A DNA stretch of 64,000 nt from a virus (IMGVR_UViG_3300028549_001428), one strand, 5' to 3'; shown: positions 43,064-51,448, numbered from the stretch's first letter. Notes: generated from the letters alone by a model not told the origin. Translations and numbers: made by a program.

Positions 43064-45292
43064 TTAGGATTTTTTTGATTGCGCATCATTAGACAAATCA
43101 TTATGATCTTTCAACAATGGATATAACCATGTAGTTGATTTCTTTAAATTGCTGTTTTGCATAGTAAATGGTATGGTTGGAGGTGCACTATTGGTGAAAT
43201 TAGCATTCTCATATCCTTTAGGTGCTTTCTCATTCTGCCATATTTCGATATGATATGCAGGGTCAGATCCTGGACCTTTAGGGGATGGTCCAAGAAATGC
43301 TCTAATTATACCTTGTTCTTTAGCAGACAAAAATACTTCACGTAAACTTGGACTTTTGTTATTAGGAACCATTCTAGTAGGACTAATATCAATTGCCTGT
43401 ACGTTATTAGGATCGGCACCATGCTTAGATATTTTTTCTGGTGGTGATGATTTAATTGTACTTAACATTTCACCACGTACTTTCTTAATCTGACTTGGAT
43501 CGGTAAATGGTGTAGTACTGCCCAATCCATACTTTTCTTTATATGAATCATATACAGAAACAACCTTTTTACCAGGAGATGCATACGATACTCTATTATT
43601 TTTCTGTAAATTATTAAACATTGTCTGTGCTTGTGATTCTGGTGGTCTATACAAACTAGTTACAATTACTTCTTTAACACCAGCCGATCCACATAATGAT
43701 TTAATAACATTTGCCGACAATTCACTCAATTGAGTTGATTTAACCCATGAATCGAATTTTATTGTTACGGAACCTTCTTCTGGCTTTGCTAAACTTCCAT
43801 TAGAACCCGAACCACCAGCAACGCCTTCATTTGAATATCTTAATAGTGTTCCACTCATCAAAATATCAAATTTTCTATTTCTTAATTCAGATGTGCTATG
43901 GAATGGGTCTAATTTAGCAGTAGAAGCACCGTATTCAATAATTGATTTGCCTAATCCTTTGTATATTAGATTAGCTTCGGCTATACGTCTTTTACGTAAT
44001 AATTTTCCACTTTCTTCAGATACTTCAGAACCATATGTCAATCTAGCTAATATATCAGCTACCCATGTAAAATATTGATTTGCTAATGTATCACTTTTTG
44101 GTAAACCATTAGGTGCTACTATCGCTCCTGTTGTTGTTAATGTAGTTGATTTACCCGATGAATCTATTATTTGATCCAATCCAGAAATTCCATACATATG
44201 AACCGAATAAGAGTAACCAGTTAAGTAATATACACCCATAGTAACACAATAACTTATAAATCCAGCTTCTGAACTCTTTGATGGATCAATACTCAAGCCA
44301 TTTGTCCATAAAAAACTACACACAGCAGTTTTTACATATTCAGGACACGAATTATGCGTCAAAGCACCCCAATGAGAATGCGCCCAATTTTGTCTGTTAT
44401 TTATTACATCCCATAGGGTAGATTGTACATATCTAAAGAATGAAGCCTGTATTTGAGCATCGTTAATACTAAATCCAGAATATTTAGAATCTGCTTGGAT
44501 TGCACTTTCATCCATAGTAGCAGCCTTTCTTACAATATCATATTGCTCTGCTGTTAATCCACCCTTTACATCACCTGTTGATGCTAAATTCTTATCCACA
44601 GCATTTACAGCAAATACATTCTTAATGAATAAATCACGTCTTGCATTACCCTGATCTAATAATATATTAGCACCCAATCTAGTTTTACCATTACCAGTAA
44701 AATAAAATTTTGTACTCTTTACAGGTTCTTGCTGATATAAGAAATCCCAGTTTGGTTGGAAAAATCCTGGTTTAAATGTATTTGCTATACTTACAGGCAA
44801 TCCATCCAACCCAATAGCAATAGGTGGTATTAAATCTGCATTAAACGGACTAGAACCCATTGCTGATGTAGTTTGTGCTTCAGCCATCTGTCTAGATGCA
44901 TTTATAGATTGCAAAGGAACAAGTGGACCTTGTGAAATAGCACTTATACCATTACCTATAGCATTCACTTGAGCAGAATTCGCACTTGCCCTAATATCTA
45001 ATTTATCAACGATTTCTTGCATGTCATTTGTAATAATTCCCTGTTCACCATCTGACAAAAAATATAATAACATATCAGCAACAGCACTTGATAATTGACT
45101 CATTCTGGTTTGGTTAATTACAGGAACTTGTTCTCTTTGTTCCTTAGTTAATCCATTATTTGGATCATTTACGTCATAGTACCCATATTTATTTAATATA
45201 GAATAAAATTGACCTTCTCTACCTGTAGAAGCCTCATGCGTTCTTTTGATAGCATTTTCCATTCTACCAGAATAATGTGAATTTAATGGCAT
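43064..45292 (-). CDS. Putative virion-associated peptidoglycan hydrolase: lysozyme-like domain plus M15-type Zn peptidase
   Basis: KTAVCSFLWTNG and LLRKRRIAEANL (phage lysozyme-like); VTSLYRPPESQA..SKH..AIDI..AYHIEI (M15 His/Asp/His). Confidence 0.6.
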   Translation of the reverse strand: MPLNSHYSGRMENAIKRTHEASTGREGQFYSILNKYGYYDVNDPNNGLTKEQREQVPVINQTRMSQLSSAVADMLLYFLSDGEQGIITNDMQEIVDKLDIRASANSAQVNAIGNGISAISQGPLVPLQSINASRQMAEAQTTSAMGSSPFNADLIPPIAIGLDGLPVSIANTFKPGFFQPNWDFLYQQEPVKSTKFYFTGNGKTRLGANILLDQGNARRDLFIKNVFAVNAVDKNLASTGDVKGGLTAEQYDIVRKAATMDESAIQADSKYSGFSINDAQIQASFFRYVQSTLWDVINNRQNWAHSHWGALTHNSCPEYVKTAVCSFLWTNGLSIDPSKSSEAGFISYCVTMGVYYLTGYSYSVHMYGISGLDQIIDSSGKSTTLTTTGAIVAPNGLPKSDTLANQYFTWVADILARLTYGSEVSEESGKLLRKRRIAEANLIYKGLGKSIIEYGASTAKLDPFHSTSELRNRKFDILMSGTLLRYSNEGVAGGSGSNGSLAKPEEGSVTIKFDSWVKSTQLSELSANVIKSLCGSAGVKEVIVTSLYRPPESQAQTMFNNLQKNNRVSYASPGKKVVSVYDSYKEKYGLGSTTPFTDPSQIKKVRGEMLSTIKSSPPEKISKHGADPNNVQAIDISPTRMVPNNKSPSLREVFLSAKEQGIIRAFLGPSPKGPGSDPAYHIEIWQNEKAPKGYENANFTNSAPPTIPFTMQNSNLKKSTTWLYPLLKDHNDLSNDAQSKKS

Positions 45293-45399
45293 TTTTTAAT
45301 TTACCTTACAATTATATAAACAATTATAGATTATTTAAATATGTTTATCATAAACAATTTTATGTTTTATCTTAAATTATAAAAATAAAATTGAATTGT

Positions 45400-45408
45400 T
45401 ATAAACTA
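45400..45408 (+). promoter_or_regulatory. Late promoter TATAAACTA
   Basis: Motif upstream of 45454. Confidence 0.7.
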
Positions 45409-45453
45409 TTTGAAAACACCAATATTGTGTTAGCCGATTAAAGAGGAACTTCA

Positions 45454-46824
45454 ATGAAGACCAATAAAAATACAAACAAAACAATGACTGCGTTTCAGTT
45501 CATGAAAGAATTTGAAAACACACAACTAATCATGGAATCTATCGCTGACGCTACTGCTGTCGAAAGAAAAGCATTACTAGAGTCTGGATTCGGGGGTCCA
45601 AGTGCCGATACTAACGGCTTATTTGACATGAATTCACTTTTAGATGTTGAAGTAAGTGACAAGCCAGAAAATCAACCTAGATACTACAACTCACCTGTAG
45701 ATCCTTTGAATGATTCTGACAAGGCATTGATAGTTGATGCATTTGCTAAGAAATTAGAAGAAATGAAAGACGATGTTATCGATTTCTCCGACATTGGACC
45801 AATCGCAACAGTAATTAAAAATAGTTATGGATTCAAACAGGATATTGAAAAATTCTTGCAAGATACAATCCAAAAGACTTCAAATTGGATGACTCAGCAG
45901 AATAATACCGAAGCTAATACTAACGGTGTTGCTGAAATGAAGGATGGCGGTCCTACTGATATTAAACCACAGACTTCAGGTATTGATGGTGGTGATATGG
46001 GTATGGGTGGTGGTGATATGGGTATGGGCGACGATATGGGCATGGGTGGTGAAGGCATCCCTGCTATGGAAGAAGTTCCAGTATTAACCGATACAGATGC
46101 TGTTGCTGAAGATATCGTTCCACCAGAACTTGGCGGTGATGTTGGTATGGGTGATGAAGGAATGGATCTTGGTTTAGGCGAAGATGTTCCTCCTGTTGGC
46201 GACGAAGGAATGGACCTTGGTTTAGGTGAAGATGTTCCTCCTGTTAGCGACGATGTTGGTGACGATGTTGGCGTTCCTCCAGTTGGTGACGATGTTGGTG
46301 GTGACGATGTTGGTGGTGATGATGTTGGCGAAGATGTTCCACCAATCGAAGACGAAACACCTGCCGAAGAAAAGAAAGAAGAAAAGAAAGAAGGTGATAA
46401 AGAAGAGGGTGAAGAGAAAGAAGATGATAAGGAAACAGATGAATTGCTAGAATCCATTATGACCGATTATCAGAAATCATCCAAAGCTAAAGAATCTGTT
46501 AATGCTATAAATGAAAGCGTTGAAAAGAGCAAGGCAGTTAAAGCACAATTAGAAGCAATTTCTAATACTTATCACTCTAAAGAAAATGCAAAAGTTGAAG
46601 CGATTAAACAAGATAAAATGATAAAAGCACAGCTTGAATCAATCTCAAGTAACTACAAAGCTACAGTAAATGCTAAATTAGAAGCAATCGAAAAAGAAAA
46701 AGAAATTGACGGTAAATTAAATCAACTTCTTGAATCTCATAAACAGAAAACTTCTACAGATGGCAAAACAAACTTAACAGCTAGACTAGAAGCAAAAGAT
46801 AAAATCGAAAAACTAACTAAATAA
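45454..46824 (+). CDS. Acidic low-complexity late protein; probable internal head/core protein
   Basis: GAGG SD; D/G/E/P-rich centre; about 10 xES/xEA motifs. Confidence 0.6.
   Translation: MKTNKNTNKTMTAFQFMKEFENTQLIMESIADATAVERKALLESGFGGPSADTNGLFDMNSLLDVEVSDKPENQPRYYNSPVDPLNDSDKALIVDAFAKKLEEMKDDVIDFSDIGPIATVIKNSYGFKQDIEKFLQDTIQKTSNWMTQQNNTEANTNGVAEMKDGGPTDIKPQTSGIDGGDMGMGGGDMGMGDDMGMGGEGIPAMEEVPVLTDTDAVAEDIVPPELGGDVGMGDEGMDLGLGEDVPPVGDEGMDLGLGEDVPPVSDDVGDDVGVPPVGDDVGGDDVGGDDVGEDVPPIEDETPAEEKKEEKKEGDKEEGEEKEDDKETDELLESIMTDYQKSSKAKESVNAINESVEKSKAVKAQLEAISNTYHSKENAKVEAIKQDKMIKAQLESISSNYKATVNAKLEAIEKEKEIDGKLNQLLESHKQKTSTDGKTNLTARLEAKDKIEKLTK
46150..46245 (+). repeat. Two 48-bp tandem coding repeats (GDEGMDLGLGEDVPPV)
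   Basis: Direct repeat with synonymous differences; flanked by GGDMGM and GDDVG repeats. Confidence 0.8.
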
Positions 46825-46834
46825 ATAAATAAAT

Positions 46835-46862
46835 AAAGGGCGATTAAAAATCACCCTTTTTT
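46835..46862. terminator. Bidirectional intrinsic terminator
   Basis: AAAGGGCGATT-AA-AAATCACCCTTTTTT between convergent genes. Confidence 0.75.
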
Positions 46863-46865
46863 ATT

Positions 46866-47552
46866 TTACATCATATCATAAACATCTGGTCCTTTAGCTT
46901 TTATTTCTCTAGCTAACAGATGTTTTATGTTATCATTCATATTACAAGTAACAAAATCAGGATTACTGACACTCAATTCTATCCACCTATCAACGATTTT
47001 ATAAAAACTATCACAAGTTCCTATAATATCAGTTAAAGCATCATGTAAATTTCCTTCAGGCTTTACGCCCAACGCTTCCATTATAGTACCTAACTTAATA
47101 TTAGGAACATTTAACAAACCTTGTTTCTTTAAAGGTCTAGTTAAATCCATTAAATCATATACTACTTTCTGACTAAAATAATAATCAAATGGTAAATCAC
47201 CATCATCTTTATGTTTATTCCAGAACGATGCCAAAAAACGCCAGTCAAATGACTTAACGTTTTGACCAGCTATAATATATCTAGGCTCACCTTTTACAAC
47301 ATACTTCTCAAATATATTTTTAAGTCCAGCATATGCTATTTTTGGATCAGGATATGTTCTTAGTTCTTCTACTGTTTTACCAATTATTTGTAAAGCATCC
47401 TTACTAATAGCATTCCAATTGATAGGAGCAGCAACATAATTAAATGATTCTAAAATCTTTCTATTTTCCGTGACCAATCCAGCGACTTGAATTATATCTT
47501 GTCTTTTATCATCAAATCCAGTTGTTTCGGTATCTATAAATATTACTTTCAT
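46866..47552 (-). CDS. DEDDh 3'-5' exonuclease (DnaQ/epsilon-like)
   Basis: FIDTETTG, AGQNVKSFDWRFL, HDALTDI. Confidence 0.9.
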   Translation of the reverse strand: MKVIFIDTETTGFDDKRQDIIQVAGLVTENRKILESFNYVAAPINWNAISKDALQIIGKTVEELRTYPDPKIAYAGLKNIFEKYVVKGEPRYIIAGQNVKSFDWRFLASFWNKHKDDGDLPFDYYFSQKVVYDLMDLTRPLKKQGLLNVPNIKLGTIMEALGVKPEGNLHDALTDIIGTCDSFYKIVDRWIELSVSNPDFVTCNMNDNIKHLLAREIKAKGPDVYDMM

Positions 47553-47581
47553 TATAATTACATATTTGTTTGTATATTATA

Positions 47582-47610
47582 AATATAACTTTATTATATT
47601 AAAATATCAA
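47582..47610 (-). promoter_or_regulatory. Sigma70-like promoter TTGATA-N17-TATATT
   Basis: Upstream of the exonuclease; same -10 as the tRNA promoters. Confidence 0.6.
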
Positions 47611-47700
47611 ATATTTTATTGAAATGCGGTGATTATAACATTATTTACCGCATTTTTTGCGGAGTTAATCTATATTGATACTATATATTAGGATATTAAT

Positions 47701-48033
47701 ATGGCTATAATAAAGAAAACTGAAATAATAACACAAATATTTAACGATAAATCTCTTGCAGTTGTACAAATAAATTCAAAAATGACACCTAAAAAATGGG
47801 GTGAAGCTAAATATCTATTCGATAAATCAAATGGAAATCTAAATATAGACCCAGATTATTACAAAACCATTTCATGGGATGAGTGGGACATATTTGCAAA
47901 AGAAATGCAGTTTGATGATGAATTGTGGATGTATATACTGGAATCCGAAAATCATTATATCGACTTCACACAAGGTTTTGCTATTGTACGAAATAGGAAA
48001 CCTATCGTTATTTTTGATATAACATCAGAATAA
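47701..48033 (+). CDS. Hypothetical protein
   Basis: 110 aa; AGGA SD. Confidence 0.65.
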   Translation: MAIIKKTEIITQIFNDKSLAVVQINSKMTPKKWGEAKYLFDKSNGNLNIDPDYYKTISWDEWDIFAKEMQFDDELWMYILESENHYIDFTQGFAIVRNRKPIVIFDITSE

Positions 48034-48039
48034 ATTTAA

Positions 48040-48759
48040 TTAAAGCGGAGTAAGTGTCTTTGGATTGAATCCATATGATTTAACCCATTTTCTTATTGCA
48101 TTATCGGATACTCCATATTTCAATCTCAATGGATAATATCCATATTCCTTGATATCAGATATTAATACATCTATATTAGGGCGTGATGTTTTTCTTTTAT
48201 TAAGATCACTACATTTTACACATGATTTAGATTTTTTGATTTTGTTATTACCGCAACTACATATATATACTAACTTATTACATTTACCTGCAAATGTATT
48301 TGTTTGGCTATGACAATGAGGACATAATATACGTAGATTTTGTAGTCTGTTATCATTATATATACCATTTATATGATCTATTTGTAATACCAATGGTTTA
48401 TTATTCCATATAGGTAATTGATTACATATGTAACATTGGTTTAACAAAAAACCATCAGCTATCAATCTCTGTTTAAGTCGAGTTCTATCATACGTTGAGT
48501 TTTCTACGAGTATGTCAGATAACGGAATTTTTTTAGATTTAGATATTAATTTAATTGCTTTGTATGGTGAAGTAAAATGATCAGTAGATAAACCTAGTGC
48601 TTTAATTCGTTTATGTAATGTTTTATTGTTACCTCCTCTATTATTTGAACCTATGTATGAATGCACTTCATTGAATGAAGTGCATTTTTTAATCAAATCA
48701 GTAAACTCAGCATCATTAAATTTTACCCATATTTTACTATATAATTTTTGTATATGCAT
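48040..48759 (-). CDS. HNH homing endonuclease with C-terminal HTH
   Basis: CYIC..LQIDHING..DNRLQNLRILCPHCHSQT; YGVSDNAIRKW. Confidence 0.9.
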   Translation of the reverse strand: MHIQKLYSKIWVKFNDAEFTDLIKKCTSFNEVHSYIGSNNRGGNNKTLHKRIKALGLSTDHFTSPYKAIKLISKSKKIPLSDILVENSTYDRTRLKQRLIADGFLLNQCYICNQLPIWNNKPLVLQIDHINGIYNDNRLQNLRILCPHCHSQTNTFAGKCNKLVYICSCGNNKIKKSKSCVKCSDLNKRKTSRPNIDVLISDIKEYGYYPLRLKYGVSDNAIRKWVKSYGFNPKTLTPL

Positions 48760-48811
48760 ATTTTTGAACCTCTAGTATTATTTATAGTTTATACAATAGG
48801 TTCAAAAATAT
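48758..48811 (-). promoter_or_regulatory. RBS-sequestering hairpin with late promoter (48785-48793) in its loop
   Basis: Perfect 14-bp inverted repeat ATATTTTTGAACCT / AGGTTCAAAAATAT covering the SD and start. Confidence 0.75.
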
Positions 48812-48817
48812 TTTTTA

Positions 48818-48888
48818 TTGACCTAGCTGGGATCGAACCAGCGTACTTCGGGTCAGAGCCGAAGGCACTACCTCTATGCTATAGGTCA
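48818..48888 (-). tRNA. tRNA-Gln(CTG)
   Basis: Cloverleaf TGACCTA/TAGGTCA; anticodon arm TTCGG-CTCTGAC-CCGAA; GGTTCGATCCC; U1-A72; CCA not encoded. Confidence 0.92.
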
Positions 48889-48896
48889 TCATTATA

Positions 48897-48979
48897 TTGT
48901 CCATGTAGGAGTCGAACCTACAGTATCCTTTCGGATGCCAGATTCAAAATCTGGTGAGCTACCATTACTCTAATGGACA
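48897..48979 (-). tRNA. tRNA-Gln(TTG) with long variable arm
   Basis: TGTCCAT/ATGGACA; CCAGA-TTTTGAA-TCTGG; 16-nt variable region with ATCC-GAAA-GGAT; GGTTCGACTCC. Confidence 0.85.
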
Positions 48980-48984
48980 TCATA

Positions 48985-49057
48985 TTGTCCGTGCTGGACT
49001 CGAACCAGCATCCTTGTGCTTCAAAGGCACCTGCTCCACCAATTGAGCTAACGGACA
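48985..49057 (-). tRNA. tRNA-Gln(TTG)
   Basis: TGTCCGT/ACGGACA; GTGC-CTTTGAA-GCAC; GGTTCGAGTCC. Confidence 0.92.
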
Positions 49058-49170
49058 TCAAATTTATTTATCACATTTAGAACACTTAATTTCCTTATTA
49101 TAACTGAAATATAATAAGGAACCACATCTATCACATAACTTTACATAATACATATACACCTCTATATACG

Positions 49171-49201
49171 AAAAGAACTCTTGCTTCTGCAAGAGTCCCT
49201 T
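49171..49201 (-). terminator. Attenuator terminator upstream of the tRNA-Gln trio
   Basis: AGGGACTCTTGC-AGAA-GCAAGAGTTCTTTT. Confidence 0.8.
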
Positions 49202-49222
49202 AATTTATTTGCCATAACAGCA

Positions 49223-49285
49223 TCAAAAAGGTGGTCTAGCAGAGCTATCCATTACTTGTTGTTGCTGTTGTTGTAAATTCTTCAT
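49223..49285 (-). CDS. Putative Gln leader peptide MKNLQQQQQQVMDSSARPPF
   Basis: ATG 6 nt after the -10 box (leaderless); codons CAA CAA CAG CAA CAA CAA; shares frame and stop with the upstream nuclease ORF. Confidence 0.75.
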   Translation of the reverse strand: MKNLQQQQQQVMDSSARPPF

Positions 49286-50281
49286 ATTATTAATATAGTT
49301 CTTTTTTAGCGATTTGTCAATACTTTTTTGATGTTTTATTGTTTTAGGGTCTATTTTATAGTAACGGCACCATCGACGAACAGCATTATCAGACACACCA
49401 TATTTAGCCCCAACTAAAACAAAATTACTTTCTTGTATTTCTTTAATTAATACATCCAATGTAGGTCTATCTACCTTTCTCTTATGTGGAATTAAAGTTG
49501 AATTAATCATCCGACAATCATATCCACAACATACTTGTTTGATCGTATTTGGTATAAAATTATTATTACATATAGGACATATTTTTGTTTTATATCTTGA
49601 TGTATTATCGTATAACGAAATTAAATTTATCCCTTTATGCTTATTTGATGCATACTCAAGATATGGTTTGATTTCTACCTTTGTCAATATCTTTAATACA
49701 TTAGGAGACTTAACTGCATTAAATTTAGCTTTAGTATGTTCTGTTATATAGCCTTTAACTTCTATAAATGTACCATCAACATATCTAAAATCAGGATGGT
49801 ATTCATGTGTTTCATTTTCCCATTCATATGGAAATGATATAGTATTACGGATAAATGATATGTTATGATCTAAATGATATATCACCCATGCTAATTCCCA
49901 TGTACTATCACACCAATATCCGTTATACCATCCAGATTTTCCTCTACCTGCACCTTTACGCACACCGCCTGAGTTTTGTTTTAATTTTGTAATTGTTTCT
50001 GGTGTATGTTTCTTTCCCTTAAAATATGCTATACGAACACCAGTAGCATAGTTGGATTTAACCATATCACTATATACTTTAAGTCGCTGATCTGTATGTT
50101 TAGTTAATCCTTTATTCCATGTAGTTATCGTTCTTGTATCTCTACCACATTTATGATTAACACCAATTCCATGCATTCTCCATATATGAGATGCGATTCC
50201 TTTACTACCATATTCTTCTCCACATGTAGGACATGCATATTTGTTTGTATGTGGATTTAACCACTCTATTTGTATTTTCAT
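49223..50281 (-). CDS. Putative homing endonuclease: Zn finger, NUMOD3-like motif, PD-(D/E)XK nuclease and HTH
   Basis: CPTC..HIWRMH; FKGKKHTPET; CDSTWEL..YHPDF..FIEVKGY; YGVSDNAVRRW. Confidence 0.8.
   Translation of the reverse strand: MKIQIEWLNPHTNKYACPTCGEEYGSKGIASHIWRMHGIGVNHKCGRDTRTITTWNKGLTKHTDQRLKVYSDMVKSNYATGVRIAYFKGKKHTPETITKLKQNSGGVRKGAGRGKSGWYNGYWCDSTWELAWVIYHLDHNISFIRNTISFPYEWENETHEYHPDFRYVDGTFIEVKGYITEHTKAKFNAVKSPNVLKILTKVEIKPYLEYASNKHKGINLISLYDNTSRYKTKICPICNNNFIPNTIKQVCCGYDCRMINSTLIPHKRKVDRPTLDVLIKEIQESNFVLVGAKYGVSDNAVRRWCRYYKIDPKTIKHQKSIDKSLKKNYINNMKNLQQQQQQVMDSSARPPF
49292..49320 (-). promoter_or_regulatory. Sigma70-type promoter TTGACA-N17-TATATT
   Basis: Perfect -35, 17-nt spacer, A-tract upstream; lies inside the 3' end of the nuclease ORF. 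Confidence 0.85.
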
Positions 50282-50286
50282 ACATA

Positions 50287-50295
50287 TAGTTTATA
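50287..50295 (-). promoter_or_regulatory. Late promoter TATAAACTA (5 nt before ATG)
   Basis: Motif directly upstream of 50281; part of the palindrome AGTTTATATAAACT. Confidence 0.7.
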
Positions 50296-50342
50296 TAAAC
50301 TGAACATTATATTAAATTATTCAATCAAAAGCAAATACCAAA

Positions 50343-50415
50343 TGCCAACTTTCGCAATCGAAGCGAATCCCCATGATCTTCAGTCACGTGTGCAGACCTC
50401 TTACACCAAGTTGGC
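50343..50415 (-). tRNA. tRNA-Phe(GAA)
   Basis: GCCAACT/AGTTGGC; CGTGA-CTGAAGA-TCATG; T arm TTCGC-TTCGATT-GCGAA. Confidence 0.85.
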
Positions 50416-50428
50416 TTAATTAAACTAA

Positions 50429-50503
50429 TGGTTCTGGTCGAAGTCGAATCGACAACCCCCGCATTAAAAGTGCGGTGCTACTAACCAGTTGAGCTACAGA
50501 ACC
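50429..50503 (-). tRNA. tRNA-Lys(TTT)
   Basis: GGTTCTG/CAGAACC; CCGCA-CTTTTAA-TGCGG; T arm GTCGA-TTCGACT-TCGAC. Confidence 0.9.
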
Positions 50504-50507
50504 TTAG

Positions 50508-50580
50508 TGGATGTGGTAGGATTTGAACCTACTCCCCCTGCATTATGAGAGCAGTGCTCGACCAATTGAGCTTCACATCC
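50508..50580 (-). tRNA. tRNA-CAT (elongator Met or Ile2)
   Basis: GGATGTG/CACATCC; CTGC(T)-CTCATAA-(T)GCAG; GGTTCAAATCC; no initiator features. Confidence 0.85.
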
Positions 50581-50584
50581 ATAT

Positions 50585-51448
50585 TCATTTTACATGTACC
50601 CAACTTCTGCCATAGATCACATTAGCTATGGTAGATTTAGATACATTCATTAAATCAGCAATGATTCGTTGAGATTTACCAATAGAATACAAATATCGTA
50701 TTTGTATAACACCTTCCTCAGTTAACTTAGAATCCGATCTAGATTCTCCTTTAGGAGCTATTACATGTGATCGTATTTTTACATCGTATATAATACCACT
50801 ATCTTGTATATATTTTTTTATCAATCGTTTTGATGTTGGTATATCATATTTTTTCAACCATTTTCTAATTGCATTATCTGATACCCCATATATTTCACCT
50901 ATTTGCACCATCGTCTTATCACTTAAATGAGAAATTAATTCAGTCATAGATGGCATTTTTGATACATTAAAATTTATACCATGAGTATCTATTATTTTTC
51001 TAATTCGATTATAGTTTCCACCAAATGCCTGTAATCCTAATTTCATTAACGCTATACGAGCATTTGGCGATTCTTTAATTACATCAATAAAATCGTTATC
51101 TGATTTATATTTTTTGTTAAACTGTAATTTAACATTAGCCCCAGAAAATGTTTTTGTTTGACTATGACATGTAGGACATAATAATCTAATATTATCAATT
51201 AAATTATTATGACGATCACCATCAATATGGTCAACCTGTAATGTTACAGGCTTATTCATCCAAGTGTTAATCCCACATATAGAACACACATCTTTAATAA
51301 TTTCATGTTTAATCAACATACTTTTAATTAACGATCTATTTACATAATGTGAATGAGCACAAAATACTGAATCAAATGGCGTTCTAATAGTACCCCCATT
51401 TGATATAGGAGAATTCCAATCATGTTTTAAGTTATCTAATTTATTCAT
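50585..51448 (-). CDS. HNH homing endonuclease with HTH modules
   Basis: CSIC..LQVDHIDGDRHNNLIDNIRLLCPTCHSQT; YGVSDNAIRKW; GESRSDSKLTEEGVIQIR..VSKSTI..GRSWVHV. Confidence 0.9.
   Translation of the reverse strand: MNKLDNLKHDWNSPISNGGTIRTPFDSVFCAHSHYVNRSLIKSMLIKHEIIKDVCSICGINTWMNKPVTLQVDHIDGDRHNNLIDNIRLLCPTCHSQTKTFSGANVKLQFNKKYKSDNDFIDVIKESPNARIALMKLGLQAFGGNYNRIRKIIDTHGINFNVSKMPSMTELISHLSDKTMVQIGEIYGVSDNAIRKWLKKYDIPTSKRLIKKYIQDSGIIYDVKIRSHVIAPKGESRSDSKLTEEGVIQIRYLYSIGKSQRIIADLMNVSKSTIANVIYGRSWVHVK

Noticed and set aside
45894-46457. 187-aa Ser/Pro-rich minus-strand ORF
   Set aside because: Antisense image of the Asp/Gly/Glu repeats of 45454-46824
48748-48957. 69-aa plus-strand ORF
   Set aside because: Antisense to two tRNA-Gln genes
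49256-49273. Poly-Gln tract as a neutral microsatellite in the nuclease
   Set aside because: It follows a promoter-proximal ATG, includes a CAG and precedes a terminator and three tRNA-Gln genes; a leader peptide explains it better
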